Assembly: GCA_949127975.1 (NCBI GenBank)
Contig: CASBRB010000196.1
Location: 1-49,499 of the forward strand
Direction: 5' to 3'
DNA from: Oscillatoriales cyanobacterium PMM_0019
Lineage (GTDB): Bacteria; Cyanobacteriota; Cyanobacteriia; Cyanobacteriales; CASBRB01
Length of the DNA stretch: 49,499 bases
Of the stretch, positions 36,664 to 46,500 are shown one piece after another (positions within the stretch are counted from its first letter, which is position 1; each line of letters begins with the position of its first letter). A program made the position numbers and the translations under genes. Below the pieces are notes generated by a model that was not told where the DNA came from, did no database searches, and saw nothing but the letters and a program-made list of their open reading frames with translations.

Positions 36664-36912
36664 TACTGATATTTTTCCATCAAATAGGCTGTGTAGTCTG
36701 ACTGAACTTCTGCATCTGTGGGAGAAATATCAGTCTGTGGGAGCAATTCCTCGTAATCCTGTTAAGGTTCCCTTCGGAATTTTTGATAGTTGCTCAGACC
36801 CGACTTTAAAAGTTGCTTTGTGTCTGAGCAACTCCACAAAATCGAGTACCTCATTAACTTGCTCTTCTGGCATCGCCTGCACCAGCTCATAAATCCTTTG
36901 TGCTGTATTCAT
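36663..36912 (-). pseudogene. vapB: VapB-type (DUF2281-like) antitoxin interrupted by a 19-nt insertion
   Basis: PEEQVNEVLDFVELLRHK. Removing 19 nt between the repeated CCCACAGA restores APTDAEVQSDYTAYLMEKYQ and a stop overlapping the vapC ATG. Confidence 0.6.
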
Positions 36913-37099
36913 AGAATCTGACCCCCTTGTTGTTTTGCCAATTCTATTAACAATTTTATTTCCATAATTTCACTACAATTCTAACAATTTTTGCTAGAAT
37001 ATACTCAACAACTTAAAAGCGATCGCTCTGTCTGGAAAACTAGCGATCGCTTCTAAGCCAAAAAATTATTCAGGTGTCCAATGGGAGGCACTAATAACC

Positions 37100-37949
37100 A
37101 TGATAGATGAACATTGCATAGGTGACAATGTATTGACGATTGAGGAGCGAGAACTTCTATCGACAGCCGAGTCGGCGATCGAGAGGTTCAGAATCGCCTA
37201 TTGGGAAGCTGGAGCAGCCCTGAACAAGATCTTCTTAGAAAAACTCTATCGAGAGAATTATGTGACATTTGATGCCTACTGCCACAGAAGGTGGAATATG
37301 GATCGAGTATATGCACATTACCTCATCAAAGCAACTCTGGTACGTGAGATGCGTGTTAACCACGGTTAACATTTCGGATGAAGAAAGCAATGACGATCGC
37401 TCCAAGGTTAGAGAAGGCGATAATTATAAGCTACCATCGAATGAACGTCAAGCACGACCTCTGATTCCCCTCAAAGAACCGGAGCAGATCCAGAGGGCAT
37501 GGTCGAGGGCATTGGAGATGAGCGATGGCTCTCCGAAAGAGAAAGACGTTCGTCAGGCAGTCGCAGAGTTATATGGTTCGCCAAAACGCCCGAAAAAGAA
37601 GCGAACGTATACCGAGGAAGAGAAGGAGTTAGGGGTCTGTGATTGGGATCGATCGGTTCATGAGGGAGTTCCACGTTTTGATGTCTCTCTGCATGACCCT
37701 GAAGTGGCAACCAAGATAGAGAGGATAGCGGCAGAGAATGGAAGGAGTAATGCTTACGCGATCGGAATGTGTGTTAATACTTTCGATGAGGGCTCTAAAC
37801 TTAGAGAGGACAATAACGATCTGAAGGAAAAGTTTAATTCAATCTCAGCTCTTAATGAACGATTGAAGCAGGAAATTGACAAACTTTGGAATGCTCAACA
37901 ACACAGCAATCACCTGAAGAGTACAAAGGGAAGTATCCAGGCTGTCTGA
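37100..37949 (+). pseudogene. Hypothetical DNA-binding-like protein, apparently one gene split by a frameshift near 37340-37365
   Basis: The 89-aa and 226-aa ORFs overlap. KLYRENYVTFDAYCHRRW...YAHYLIKATLV and then LPSNERQARPLIPL read like one family pattern. The family is not identified. Confidence 0.4.
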
Positions 37950-37963
37950 ATGTTAAGGATTAT

Positions 37964-38653
37964 ATGGGGGAGTGGATGTGCCGAATTAACAGAGATGGTA
38001 CCATCTTTTTTAGCGACAAGTGGCAACCTTGTATCCTGACAATACTTCAAGAATTCGCAAATAATCCACAGGCAGTAGTAGCGAATCATGGTCAGACAAC
38101 GGGAAGTTGTTGCTTTTGTAATAGACCATTAACTGATGAGCGATCGTTATCTGTTGGATATGGTTCTACCTGCGCGAAGCATTACGGATTACCTTGGGAT
38201 GAAGTGGGGATTGAAGGTCAATGTAATGAAGTTGAAGTTGATGAAGTAACCATTGTCGATCGTACCACAGGTTCATCAGAAATTAGCACAACCGCACCCG
38301 ATGAAGTAATTGATGGTAGTACAGAAATCCCTTTTGAGTCATCCCAATCCTTAAAATCTATATTTAGGATTGGGATCAGTGTTGAAGTTAAATCGGGTCG
38401 TTACCTTGAAGAATTAGGAGGTAAAGAGGGCATCGTCAGGACAGATGATGAGGAGATTGGGTGCGTTGTTGACTTCGACGGTCAGCGCAAGTTTATCTTT
38501 TATGACGATCTAGCGCCTGCGTTAAGAATGCACTCTGTTCTATTGATAGCATTGTTATTTCGCCAGTGGCAGGACTTAATATTCCAACAATCCCATCATC
38601 ATCGCATGGTAGTAAATCTAGGCAATCCTTATATCTTGGTGAAGAATATTTAA
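37964..38653 (+). CDS. DUF6011-like Cys-cluster protein with an SH3/KOW-like C-terminal module. The 3' end is uncertain
   Basis: SCCFCNRPLTDERSLSVGYGSTCAKHYG. IGISVEVKSGRY...GIVRTDDEEIGCVVDFDG resembles the two C-terminal modules of the Rep protein. The last ~160 nt overlap a convergent ORF. Confidence 0.5.
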   Translation: MGEWMCRINRDGTIFFSDKWQPCILTILQEFANNPQAVVANHGQTTGSCCFCNRPLTDERSLSVGYGSTCAKHYGLPWDEVGIEGQCNEVEVDEVTIVDRTTGSSEISTTAPDEVIDGSTEIPFESSQSLKSIFRIGISVEVKSGRYLEELGGKEGIVRTDDEEIGCVVDFDGQRKFIFYDDLAPALRMHSVLLIALLFRQWQDLIFQQSHHHRMVVNLGNPYILVKNI

Positions 38654-38768
38654 AATCCCAATCGGTTAGTTGCATAGCCCTAATTATCGGGTCTATTAAT
38701 TGCCTAGCTTCCTCTGCTTTTTCTCTATCAATATAAACAGCCAAACTATCACACCTACCTTTATTCAA
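38493..38768 (-). CDS. Hypothetical protein
   Basis: Start overlaps the stop of ORF 38765-39202 by 4 nt, suggesting operon coupling. Confidence 0.45.
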   Translation of the reverse strand: MNKGRCDSLAVYIDREKAEEARQLIDPIIRAMQLTDWDFKYSSPRYKDCLDLLPCDDDGIVGILSPATGEITMLSIEQSAFLTQALDRHKR

Positions 38769-39202
38769 TAATCCTCTTCAATACAAACTGTGTCCGTAGA
38801 ATAGCTGTAAGTCCCCGCTAACTTCAACCACTCTGTCATTAGATTGGCATAACGATACTCAACAACTAAAATAGTATGCCCCTTTTCGTGCATTTTAAAG
38901 CAATATCCAAGCATTCTCCATTCGTAATCAGCAGGTAAGGTGATAACATAAGGCTGACAGTATTTGGTATTTTCATACTTCCAAAACCTTTTGACATAGA
39001 TATCAATCAACTTCTCTACTCTTTCCTTGATAATCAGATAGTTGCGATAAGCGTCTATCTCAGTCGCGTCAGAAAAAGACTCTGCCAATTCCAAAAGTCT
39101 ATCTTTTACACTATACAGGGAAATTCCATAAGTCCAATCGTCTGTTGGGCTTATGGTAATATAAGTCCAGTACTCAACCTGTTTTTTCTTTTCGAGATAC
39201 AT
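38765..39202 (-). CDS. Hypothetical protein
   Basis: ATG-initiated 145-aa ORF with no motif recognised. Confidence 0.5.
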   Translation of the reverse strand: MYLEKKKQVEYWTYITISPTDDWTYGISLYSVKDRLLELAESFSDATEIDAYRNYLIIKERVEKLIDIYVKRFWKYENTKYCQPYVITLPADYEWRMLGYCFKMHEKGHTILVVEYRYANLMTEWLKLAGTYSYSTDTVCIEEDY

Positions 39203-39680
39203 TTACACAACCTCCTGTATAAATATCCTGCGGCGGCGGCATGACTTAACATCTCCAGTCACCAATACCATCCCAGGCAATGTCTAGTTCTCTTTGGTCA
39301 AATTTAGGCATAGCATCCGCTACTCTATACATCAAGTCCGTGCCACCTATCTCGCGGGCGTCTCTCTCCAAAATACCTTAATCAGCCTGATATAGTCCTG
39401 AAATCCATCATCGGATTTACATCCACCTCCCTCCATAGAGTATATATGGGAGCAACGCGAAAAAGTGAGAGGTCGTACCCGTACCGGGGCCGGAGGCAAT
39501 CGTTTCGCTCCCTCCAAGCGATGCCTGCGGCGGGCTGCGCCTACGCTCTATGAAGTAGGAGCAGCCTTCATTACCATAATTAAGGGTTTATTACAACCTT
39601 CTGAAGATTTGTTAAGCAAACTTGATAGTTATATAGCTATAAACAGTTAATATTCGACCAACCTACAATGCTGCCACTAA

Positions 39681-39710
39681 TAGGTTGGGTAAAGTACCTC
39701 AACCCAACCT
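39681..39710. repeat. TAGGTTGGGT-N11-ACCCAACCT hairpin flanked by 17-nt direct repeats CCAACCT(A/C)CAATGCTGC
   Basis: Read directly. The direct repeats lie at about 39655 and 39704. Confidence 0.65.
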
Positions 39711-39750
39711 CCAATGCTGCTAATAAATGGCAAAAACAAGATTAATTATG

Positions 39751-40371
39751 CTACCAACCCTGTTCTTTACCGAGTTGCAAAAGTTCAGTCAAGATAGCCT
39801 TACCTTCTCCAAAACTCCGCCCACGCTTTTCTAACACCGTTTCAATGATTTTAGTATCGCTGATACCTGACTGTTGCAACAGCGTTACAGCGTGAAACAG
39901 CGGTTTGAAACTGTCGGCTGTTTCAGCGTTACTTCCATAACTTTCAGAATCGGTAATGCCGGGAACGCTTGGTAGTTCGTCACTTCCCATCTCTGGAAGT
40001 TGTGGCGTCAGTTCAGAAGTGGACTGAAACAGTGATTGCGACGCTTGCTGTTGCCAGTATAATTCCTGCTGGTATTGGCTACTGGCTAATTGAGTTATAA
40101 AATCAGTTTGCTCTGCCTTATCCACTGCCTTTAACAGTGGCTTGATTCGTTCTAGTTGGTTGCCAGAAACGACTGTAGCAATCCCACAGCCAAGCGTCCC
40201 CAGTAAACTCAAATACCTCAAAGTAATTTGAAATTTACCTTTAGGCGATGCCAGTAGGAAAGGGGTAGCACTCCAACCAAACAAACCTACGATGCTACAA
40301 ATGCCACAGATAAGTAATAGTAAATTACGATTCTGTCTCAACTGTTGCTCTGGACTAGATATCTTTATCAT
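39751..40371 (-). CDS. Hypothetical membrane protein (two TM helices)
   Basis: LLLLICGICSIVGLFGW and YLSLLGTLGCGIATVV. Last gene of a tightly packed minus-strand operon. Confidence 0.55.
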   Translation of the reverse strand: MIKISSPEQQLRQNRNLLLLICGICSIVGLFGWSATPFLLASPKGKFQITLRYLSLLGTLGCGIATVVSGNQLERIKPLLKAVDKAEQTDFITQLASSQYQQELYWQQQASQSLFQSTSELTPQLPEMGSDELPSVPGITDSESYGSNAETADSFKPLFHAVTLLQQSGISDTKIIETVLEKRGRSFGEGKAILTELLQLGKEQGW

Positions 40372-40372
40372 G

Positions 40373-40639
40373 TTACCTCACCCACTGGATGATCCCACCA
40401 ACAATCAGCACCAGGGCGACGCTAGCCATGAATCCGATATATTGCTGTTGATTCATGCCAAAAAGCTCTGCAAAATAATCGTCACACAGCCCTAAAACTG
40501 CTATAATTAGGGCAACTACTACTGCCATCCAAAATCCATACGCTCTGAAATTCGGGAAGATTGACGCTGTAAAGCTGAACAATCCAACGACTGAAATGCC
40601 TAGAATAAAGTACCCAGTCAAGATAAATAATTTACTCAT
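40373..40639 (-). CDS. Small three-TM membrane protein
   Basis: Three hydrophobic segments. Stop lies 1 nt before the next start. Confidence 0.55.
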   Translation of the reverse strand: MSKLFILTGYFILGISVVGLFSFTASIFPNFRAYGFWMAVVVALIIAVLGLCDDYFAELFGMNQQQYIGFMASVALVLIVGGIIQWVR

Positions 40640-40703
40640 GTTTCACCAATTGATAAAAAAAATCCCTACTCTGGTTAAAGGTTAGAGTAGGGAAAAGTTA
40701 AAA

Positions 40704-41213
40704 CTAAACGCCGTAGCTATCTCGGATTGCTTGAATAGCTACAACAGCGTTAGATTCAGCAATATCCACACGGCTGTTTAATTGCTGGTACTGTGGACGT
40801 AATCCGTGAAGTTTCTCAGCTAGTCGCGTGTTAGCTTGGAGCTTTTCGACTTCGTTCTGAGCAACTTTACCTTGATAGTTTCGGTGGACTTGGTGGACTT
40901 GAGTGTCGCTGTTATCAATTGACTTCAAGGCTCGATATGCTTGCTGTGCCTGTGCTGCTTGCTCTCGTTTCAGTTTAGCCATCTGCTTTAAAGCTTCTGC
41001 TTCCTGTTTATTGAAGTAGCGGGGGGCTTGCAATACTGGAGCAGTGCGAATGCTGGTAAAGTTAGCCGTAGTCGGGCTAACTACATCACTTGAGGTATTG
41101 CCTACCACTGCCTGTTTATTGATAGAGTGAGTATCTGTGTTAGCTAGAGTGCCTGGTGCTGACTGGTTTATCTCTGGCTTAGTACCGCCCAGTATTTTAG
41201 ACATGATCCCCAT
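40704..41213 (-). CDS. Hypothetical coiled-coil protein
   Basis: Gln/Ala-rich helical C-terminal half. Overlaps the upstream ORF by 17 nt. Confidence 0.5.
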   Translation of the reverse strand: MGIMSKILGGTKPEINQSAPGTLANTDTHSINKQAVVGNTSSDVVSPTTANFTSIRTAPVLQAPRYFNKQEAEALKQMAKLKREQAAQAQQAYRALKSIDNSDTQVHQVHRNYQGKVAQNEVEKLQANTRLAEKLHGLRPQYQQLNSRVDIAESNAVVAIQAIRDSYGV

Positions 41214-41688
41214 TTTCGTTGTCTCCTTGTGGTAAATAGTTGGTATTGTTTCCTTGAAGTAGCAATTCTGGATTAGCTGGTTTTAGTCCCAACTGACTGA
41301 GTAACGATACTCGTTCTAACGTGGATACAGGTTTGGTTAGGTGCTGTTTCACCCGGCCCGTTACTGTCGCGTCAATCCGTGATAAGATTTGATTAGCGAT
41401 CGCGTCCGAAACCGTCTCGATAATCGGCGTGTACCTAATGGTAAGGTCGGTTGGATCATCTGTTTCAGGTTGAAACGATGCTGTTTCAGTCGTTGAAACG
41501 CCACCGTTACATAGGTGTCGCAGCATTTCCACACCCGTTTCAGTCCACAGGGTGCCACCATCGCTGGACTTTACCCAATGGGTATTTTCCTGTATTTGCT
41601 CGGACTTCCTAGCCTTCCAAGTCCGTAAAGTACCTTCCTTGATACCTAGTAGCTCGGCTACCTGTTGGTTGGAGTAAACGTCTGACAT
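41197..41688 (-). CDS. MerR/excisionase-like HTH DNA-binding protein
   Basis: NQQVAELLGIKEGTLRTWKARK. Confidence 0.55.
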   Translation of the reverse strand: MSDVYSNQQVAELLGIKEGTLRTWKARKSEQIQENTHWVKSSDGGTLWTETGVEMLRHLCNGGVSTTETASFQPETDDPTDLTIRYTPIIETVSDAIANQILSRIDATVTGRVKQHLTKPVSTLERVSLLSQLGLKPANPELLLQGNNTNYLPQGDNENGDHV

Positions 41689-41960
41689 TAGCGCCTACCC
41701 TCTTTGAATCCGCGCAGCTCACCAGTAAGTTCCGTAACCTGGGTTCTCAGTGAGGTGTTCTCAGTCTGGAATTCGTGGAGCTTCAGTCGAGCGCTCTCGC
41801 CACTCAAATGCCCTGCGTATAGCCCACAGAAAAATAAGCCGACTGCTACGAATAAAAACCCGATGGCGTTGTTGTCATTCACTCCAATACCCCCCGACAC
41901 CGCGCTAATATTCTTAAAGCAGTTGGGTTTCCGGCTAGTAGCCTTGTGGCAGCTTCCCAT
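41688..41960 (-). CDS. Small TM plus coiled-coil protein (start uncertain)
   Basis: IGFLFVAVGLFFCGLYAG followed by a helical tail. Overlaps the next gene by 1 nt. Confidence 0.45.
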   Translation of the reverse strand: MGSCHKATSRKPNCFKNISAVSGGIGVNDNNAIGFLFVAVGLFFCGLYAGHLSGESARLKLHEFQTENTSLRTQVTELTGELRGFKEGRR

Positions 41961-42061
41961 TTACCAGCGGCGGCAAGGGTGGCTATCTTTTTGGCAAGGG
42001 GTAGCCCAATGTGGGGGGCGAGTTGCCCGTCAACCAGTCCCAGTTCGTCTTGGTGGTTCAT
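41879..42061 (-). CDS. Small hypothetical protein, first gene of the operon
   Basis: GGGAGGTGA RBS 5 nt upstream of ATG 42061. The track ORF start at 42109 is probably too long. Confidence 0.45.
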   Translation of the reverse strand: MNHQDELGLVDGQLAPHIGLPLAKKIATLAAAGKWEAATRLLAGNPTALRILARCRGVLE

Positions 42062-42218
42062 CGGTTCACCTCCCAACTGTGCAACGGTTGCACAGTTACA
42101 TCCTGGCAACCAGCTCCTCGGTAGGGCGATGGTGGGGGTAGGGGTGATGTGGTGAGTGCGTGAGCTGTCAGAATCGCATACATATATAGATCAGCCTCCT
42201 GTCGTTAGGTGGTGTAGA

Positions 42219-42255
42219 GTCAGCCCGTTACGTGGAATGTGGGGGCTGACTTTTT
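42219..42255 (+). terminator. Rho-independent terminator GTCAGCCC-N16-GGGCTGAC-TTTTT with no plus-strand gene upstream
   Basis: 8-bp GC-rich stem plus a T5 tail, read directly. Confidence 0.6.
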
Positions 42256-42355
42256 GATTTATCTTATGGTAACATGGAAACGTGACAACGTGGTAACAAG
42301 TAAAACTGACTAAGCTACCTCATGGCAGAATAAGCACATGAGGGAAAAATCAACT

Positions 42356-42505
42356 ATGCACGTTGTAATACCAGAAGATCTAAAAAAACGATTCAAAGCT
42401 CGCTGCGTTATGGAGGGAGTGAATATGAGCGAAGTTGTGGTCGAGCTTATCCAAGATTGGATGAGCCGTGAAAATCCTACCCAGATTACAAAGATTGATG
42501 ATTAA
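42356..42505 (+). CDS. Ribbon-helix-helix (CopG/ParG/Arc-like) 49-aa protein
   Basis: MHVVIPEDLKKRFKARCVMEGVNMSEVVVELIQDWM. Below the track length cutoff. Alternative in-frame ATG at 42338. Confidence 0.6.
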   Translation: MHVVIPEDLKKRFKARCVMEGVNMSEVVVELIQDWMSRENPTQITKIDD

Positions 42506-42572
42506 CATCAATTCCCAAATATACCTAGATTTTATTTGCGGATTAACCATTTTTGATTAATTTGGGAGGTTT

Positions 42573-42888
42573 ATGGCACCACCAGGAAAACTGGAAATCA
42601 CAATTAAAATCAACGAGATACCCAAAGTTAGAAACGTAGAGAACGGCTGGAAAGAATTCAGCCTCAACTGCGACGGGCAGCTTGTCACCGTTAAGGTGAA
42701 GCCAAAAGTTTTCAAGAAACTTGAGGACGCCCAAGCTAATTATCCGATGTGGGTAGCTGCGGTCGGCGGCAAGCTGGGGGCGCAAACCACTAACGGTTTT
42801 ATCCACGATTGCTCCAAATATTCAAGTGTTCGAGCGCAAGCCGAAGGAGGCGAAACCAGAGCAGGAATCAGCGACAGTATCAGGTTAA
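42573..42888 (+). pseudogene. Hypothetical conserved plasmid protein, frameshifted near 42800. The tail of track ORF 42573-42995 is probably spurious
   Basis: After TNGF the sequence IAPNIQVFERKPKEAKPEQESATVSG-stop is encoded in another frame and looks like the natural C-terminus. Confidence 0.4.
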
Positions 42889-43573
42889 GCGATCGCTACG
42901 CCGAAGGATCGCTAATTCGATGGATAAAGGTGGACAATAGGTGTATAAGCGTACATGAGGGTGTTGGAAACCACTACCGCCTCGGGATTACTTAATGCCG
43001 GGTGCTTTTGTGATGTACTTTCGCCCAGACAATTATGGGCTGACATCTTTTATCCTGTACGCATAGTGGTTGTTTTCTCCCTTTCGGGGTAATGTTTTCC
43101 GTCCCTAAGAGGGACCGCGTAGCGTGTACGGCAATGTTAGAGAGGCTTGTCATGCTGAAGACACTAGCTTAAACCTTATACACCTGTTTAATCTCCAGCG
43201 ATAGAGCCACAAACTGGAAAGCATCTGCGGGTATCATGACCTTTCTAACGTAGTCCTGTTACAGACTTAGCCTGGCTACCTCTTCAACAGAAGTACTGGT
43301 TGTCCAGCATTGTCCATTGATTGGTGGATAGCCACAACTAAACGATAAACCTATCTATTATAACAGCAACAACAATGCTGGATTTTTGTGCTGTCTATCA
43401 TAAGTGATTGCGTAAAACTTGTCATAAAACTTAACAAAACTTTTTATTAAGTAGGGATCTTTATTCCGGTTTTTGTGCCAAGATCTAAATTAAGAACTTT
43501 GGGGTAATAAATCCAAAAAAAATTTGGGGATGCTTTCACATCTCCCCAAAGTTCATTTTGTTTTTATTTTTAT

Positions 43574-46500
43574 GTGGTTACCAGTATGACACACTCCAAC
43601 CCAGAACGGGTAGTACCATTTGACAGATCGCAGGCTTCCGAACAACTCAAAGCTTTAGGCTACGAACCAGGACGGGATTTAATCTTCCTCCGCTACATAG
43701 ATCCGACGAAGACGGAACCCGCAGACATGAAAACAGGTGCGCGTTCCCTCAACCAGAAGGTAATCGAGGCAAAACAGCGCCAGGGCTACGACGTCTATTT
43801 CGTGGTTAACGGACAAGGTAACAAAGACGACAAGGTAAAACTCGGACGTGCGCTGTGGTACGAACACGATAAAATGACCAAAGAACTACAGCGGGAACTG
43901 TGGAAGACGCTCGGACTACCAGAACCAACATTTCAAGTAGACACCGGGGGTAAGTCGATTCATAGTTACTGGGTATTTGACGAGCCGATTCCCATAGAGC
44001 AGTGGGAGCCACTTCAATCTGACTTGCTGGAATACTCGGATGGCGATCGCACGATCAAAAACCCGTCTCGCATTCTCCGGCTAGCTGGCTGCGCTTACAT
44101 GAAAGGGGATAACCCAGGGACGACGCAAGCAACCATCATCAGTAACAGTGGCAAGCGCTACACCTACCCAGAATTACGGACAATTATCCCACAACCACAG
44201 CCGCCAGAGCCGCCACAGATTCCCAAACCTTCTTACCAGCCATCGATCCCCGATGACGTTCCCCTATATATCTGTCTGACTAAGGACGATCGCGCACTGC
44301 TCGATTGCGGGGCAACTGATATGCGTAACGCCCAGGGAGCTAAACTAGCACGTAACCTCATCGGCACGGCAGAACGGCTGATAACCCTTGGCTATCGCTT
44401 CAGTGGAGATCCATACCAATTATTTATAGACTACTGCCAGTGCTGTCGCCAAGGTGACGGGTGGAATCAGAAAGAGTGGGACTCAATCTGGAAGTCAGCG
44501 CAGAAGGACAACCCCACGCCATCAATGACAGACGATGCCATAGTAAACTGCATCAAAGCGTGGCAGCGCAACCAGCTCAATAGCCGAAAATCTTCTTCTC
44601 AAGGTGAAGCGACTGAGCCAGAGAACAAAGCAATCGCTACCAAAAAGAGGAAAACCAAATCACCACCACCACCATCACCATCCTCCGATGAAGCACCAGA
44701 AGAAAATGAAATAGAAGAAATAGACTGGAAGGAACCACAATCATACCATCGGACTCTTGGATTCTGGAAAAAAAATAAGGGTGACGGTGAAGAATTTTAC
44801 TGGGAGCCGCGCTGTAACTTTGATTTTCAAATAGAGCGGGAATTATCCGACAGCGACGGTGGTGGATTCATTCTTCAGATTGCACCACAGTGGACTACGC
44901 AGCAATACAGAGTATTGGTACGCCGTAATGCACTTTCCTCGCCCGATGAATTCGCTTCCTCAATATCCAAAGCTTTAACAGCTACAGTAACCTGCTCTTT
45001 GACTAAATGGGAATTAAATGCCTTGATTGCAGCCCGACAATTAGCTTATCGCAGCCGAGGTGAAAAGCTTTTTAAAGTGTGCGATCGCTACGGTCAACAG
45101 CGTAATGCATTGTGGGTATTTGAGGAGTACCAATTTACTCAGACAGGAACCCCAACAACAGAGGAAGAAAGTTTATTCGTATTCGATCCGGCTTTGGGTA
45201 AAGAAGACTTTATTCCTTGCCCACAGCTAGCAGACCCTAATGGAATTGAGGGCTTAACTGAACTGATAAATGCTGGACGGCAAGCGCTTGGTAAAGAAAA
45301 TGCCAATCAATTTATCTTAGCTGTGGCTTGGGTCGTGGCTGGCTTGCATTTGCAAACTATTAAGAAAGAAGAAGGATTCTTCCCATTACTGAATGCTCAT
45401 GGTGACCCCGGTACTGGGAAGACGATCGCGCTAGAATCAGCACTTTCGTTAATTGGCACAAACTGGGCTGATGATGGCATGATTTCCAAAGTCACCATGT
45501 CAGCAGTCTACGAACATCTGAGCAAGACAGGCTCTTTACCCGTAGTTTGGGACGATCCACCACGCAATTGGGGACACGGGGAACTGGATGAATTTTGCAA
45601 GGCGATGTGGAACCTCAAATCACGAGTCGTGAGGGGTAACCGACAGACACCACACAGTACAATTGCTTTTACCAGCAACCATCTCATGTGCGCCGAACAA
45701 GATGCCGCCTACACCCGCATCTTGCGACTGCCATTTTACAAAGGTGGCGACCCATTAGCAATTCCTCTGCTCCGGGCAGCACAGAAAAAAGCATCTGGAT
45801 CTTTTCAGCAATTAATTTCAATTGGCTACGATCCTATTGAAGTCAGGAAGCTAGAGCAAGTATTTCTCCCTAAATTACCTTTAGCTCATGCCAGAATTGC
45901 ATTTATTATGGCTATGATCTGCTGTTACGCCGAGAAGGTACTCGCCATAGTTGGTGGCAATGAAAATCCTCGCCAGTGGATTATAGATAATCTCTGCCCT
46001 CTGGAAAACGATGCAGAAAATACCGGAGATTCCTTGCAAGATTTTATCCGCTGCATCATCGCTCTGGAAGGTAAAGATGCCATTGGGAGTTGGAACAAAC
46101 GTACTTACACAGATTCAAATGGGCAAAAATGGGTGGCGATTCACCCTGAATCTGTGTGGGCTGAGGTTGAGAAAGCTTTTAAACCAACAACCTACAACAA
46201 AAAATCCATAAAGATCCACCTTCTCAAAATTGGTGGGGTGGCAGATAAAGTCGTTAAATTTGACCAATCCCGCGATGAAGTACTAGCTTACCATCGGGCG
46301 TTTATCTCTCCCCGCCTCGATCCTGAAGGTAATCCAATCTCGCCAATCCCTCCACGCCAACTGGCGAGAAAAGCTTGGTTATTTCCTGGTAGCTTGTTCC
46401 CTCCAGGTGACGACCATACACCGCCACCACCACCACCACCACCACCAACACCAACACCAACACCAACACCCTCACCAGTTACGAAGGTTACCGAAGTTAC

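Noticed and set aside
37018-37053. Hairpin formed by two HIP1-containing arms (AAGCGATCGCT-N14-AGCGATCGCTT)
   Set aside because: HIP1 is itself palindromic and abundant in this DNA, so such pairings are expected by chance. There is no T tract.
39465-39650. 61-aa plus-strand ORF
   Set aside because: It is Arg/Ala/Gly-rich and runs through a GC-rich repetitive intergenic sequence, with no RBS. It is probably noncoding.
41704-42155. Plus-strand ORFs 41704-42141 and 41946-42155
   Set aside because: They are antisense to tightly coupled minus-strand genes with good RBS and overlap signals, and have no motifs and unusual composition.
42795-42806. DnaA box (TTATCCACG at about 42797) as an origin marker
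   Set aside because: It is a single 8/9 match inside a coding region with no cluster of boxes, which is insufficient to call an origin.
43000-43573. Structured RNA or oriV in the rep upstream region (TTTGGGG boxes at about 43497, 43531 and inverted at about 43548; 10-bp inverted repeat CCAGCATTGT/ACAATGCTGG at 43304 and 43373; AAAACTT x3 at 43413-43443, including a TGCGTAAAAC word)
   Set aside because: These are individually weak, short motifs in AT-rich DNA. I could not derive a consistent architecture by eye. They are noted only as a place to look if the GGTNACC array is not the origin.
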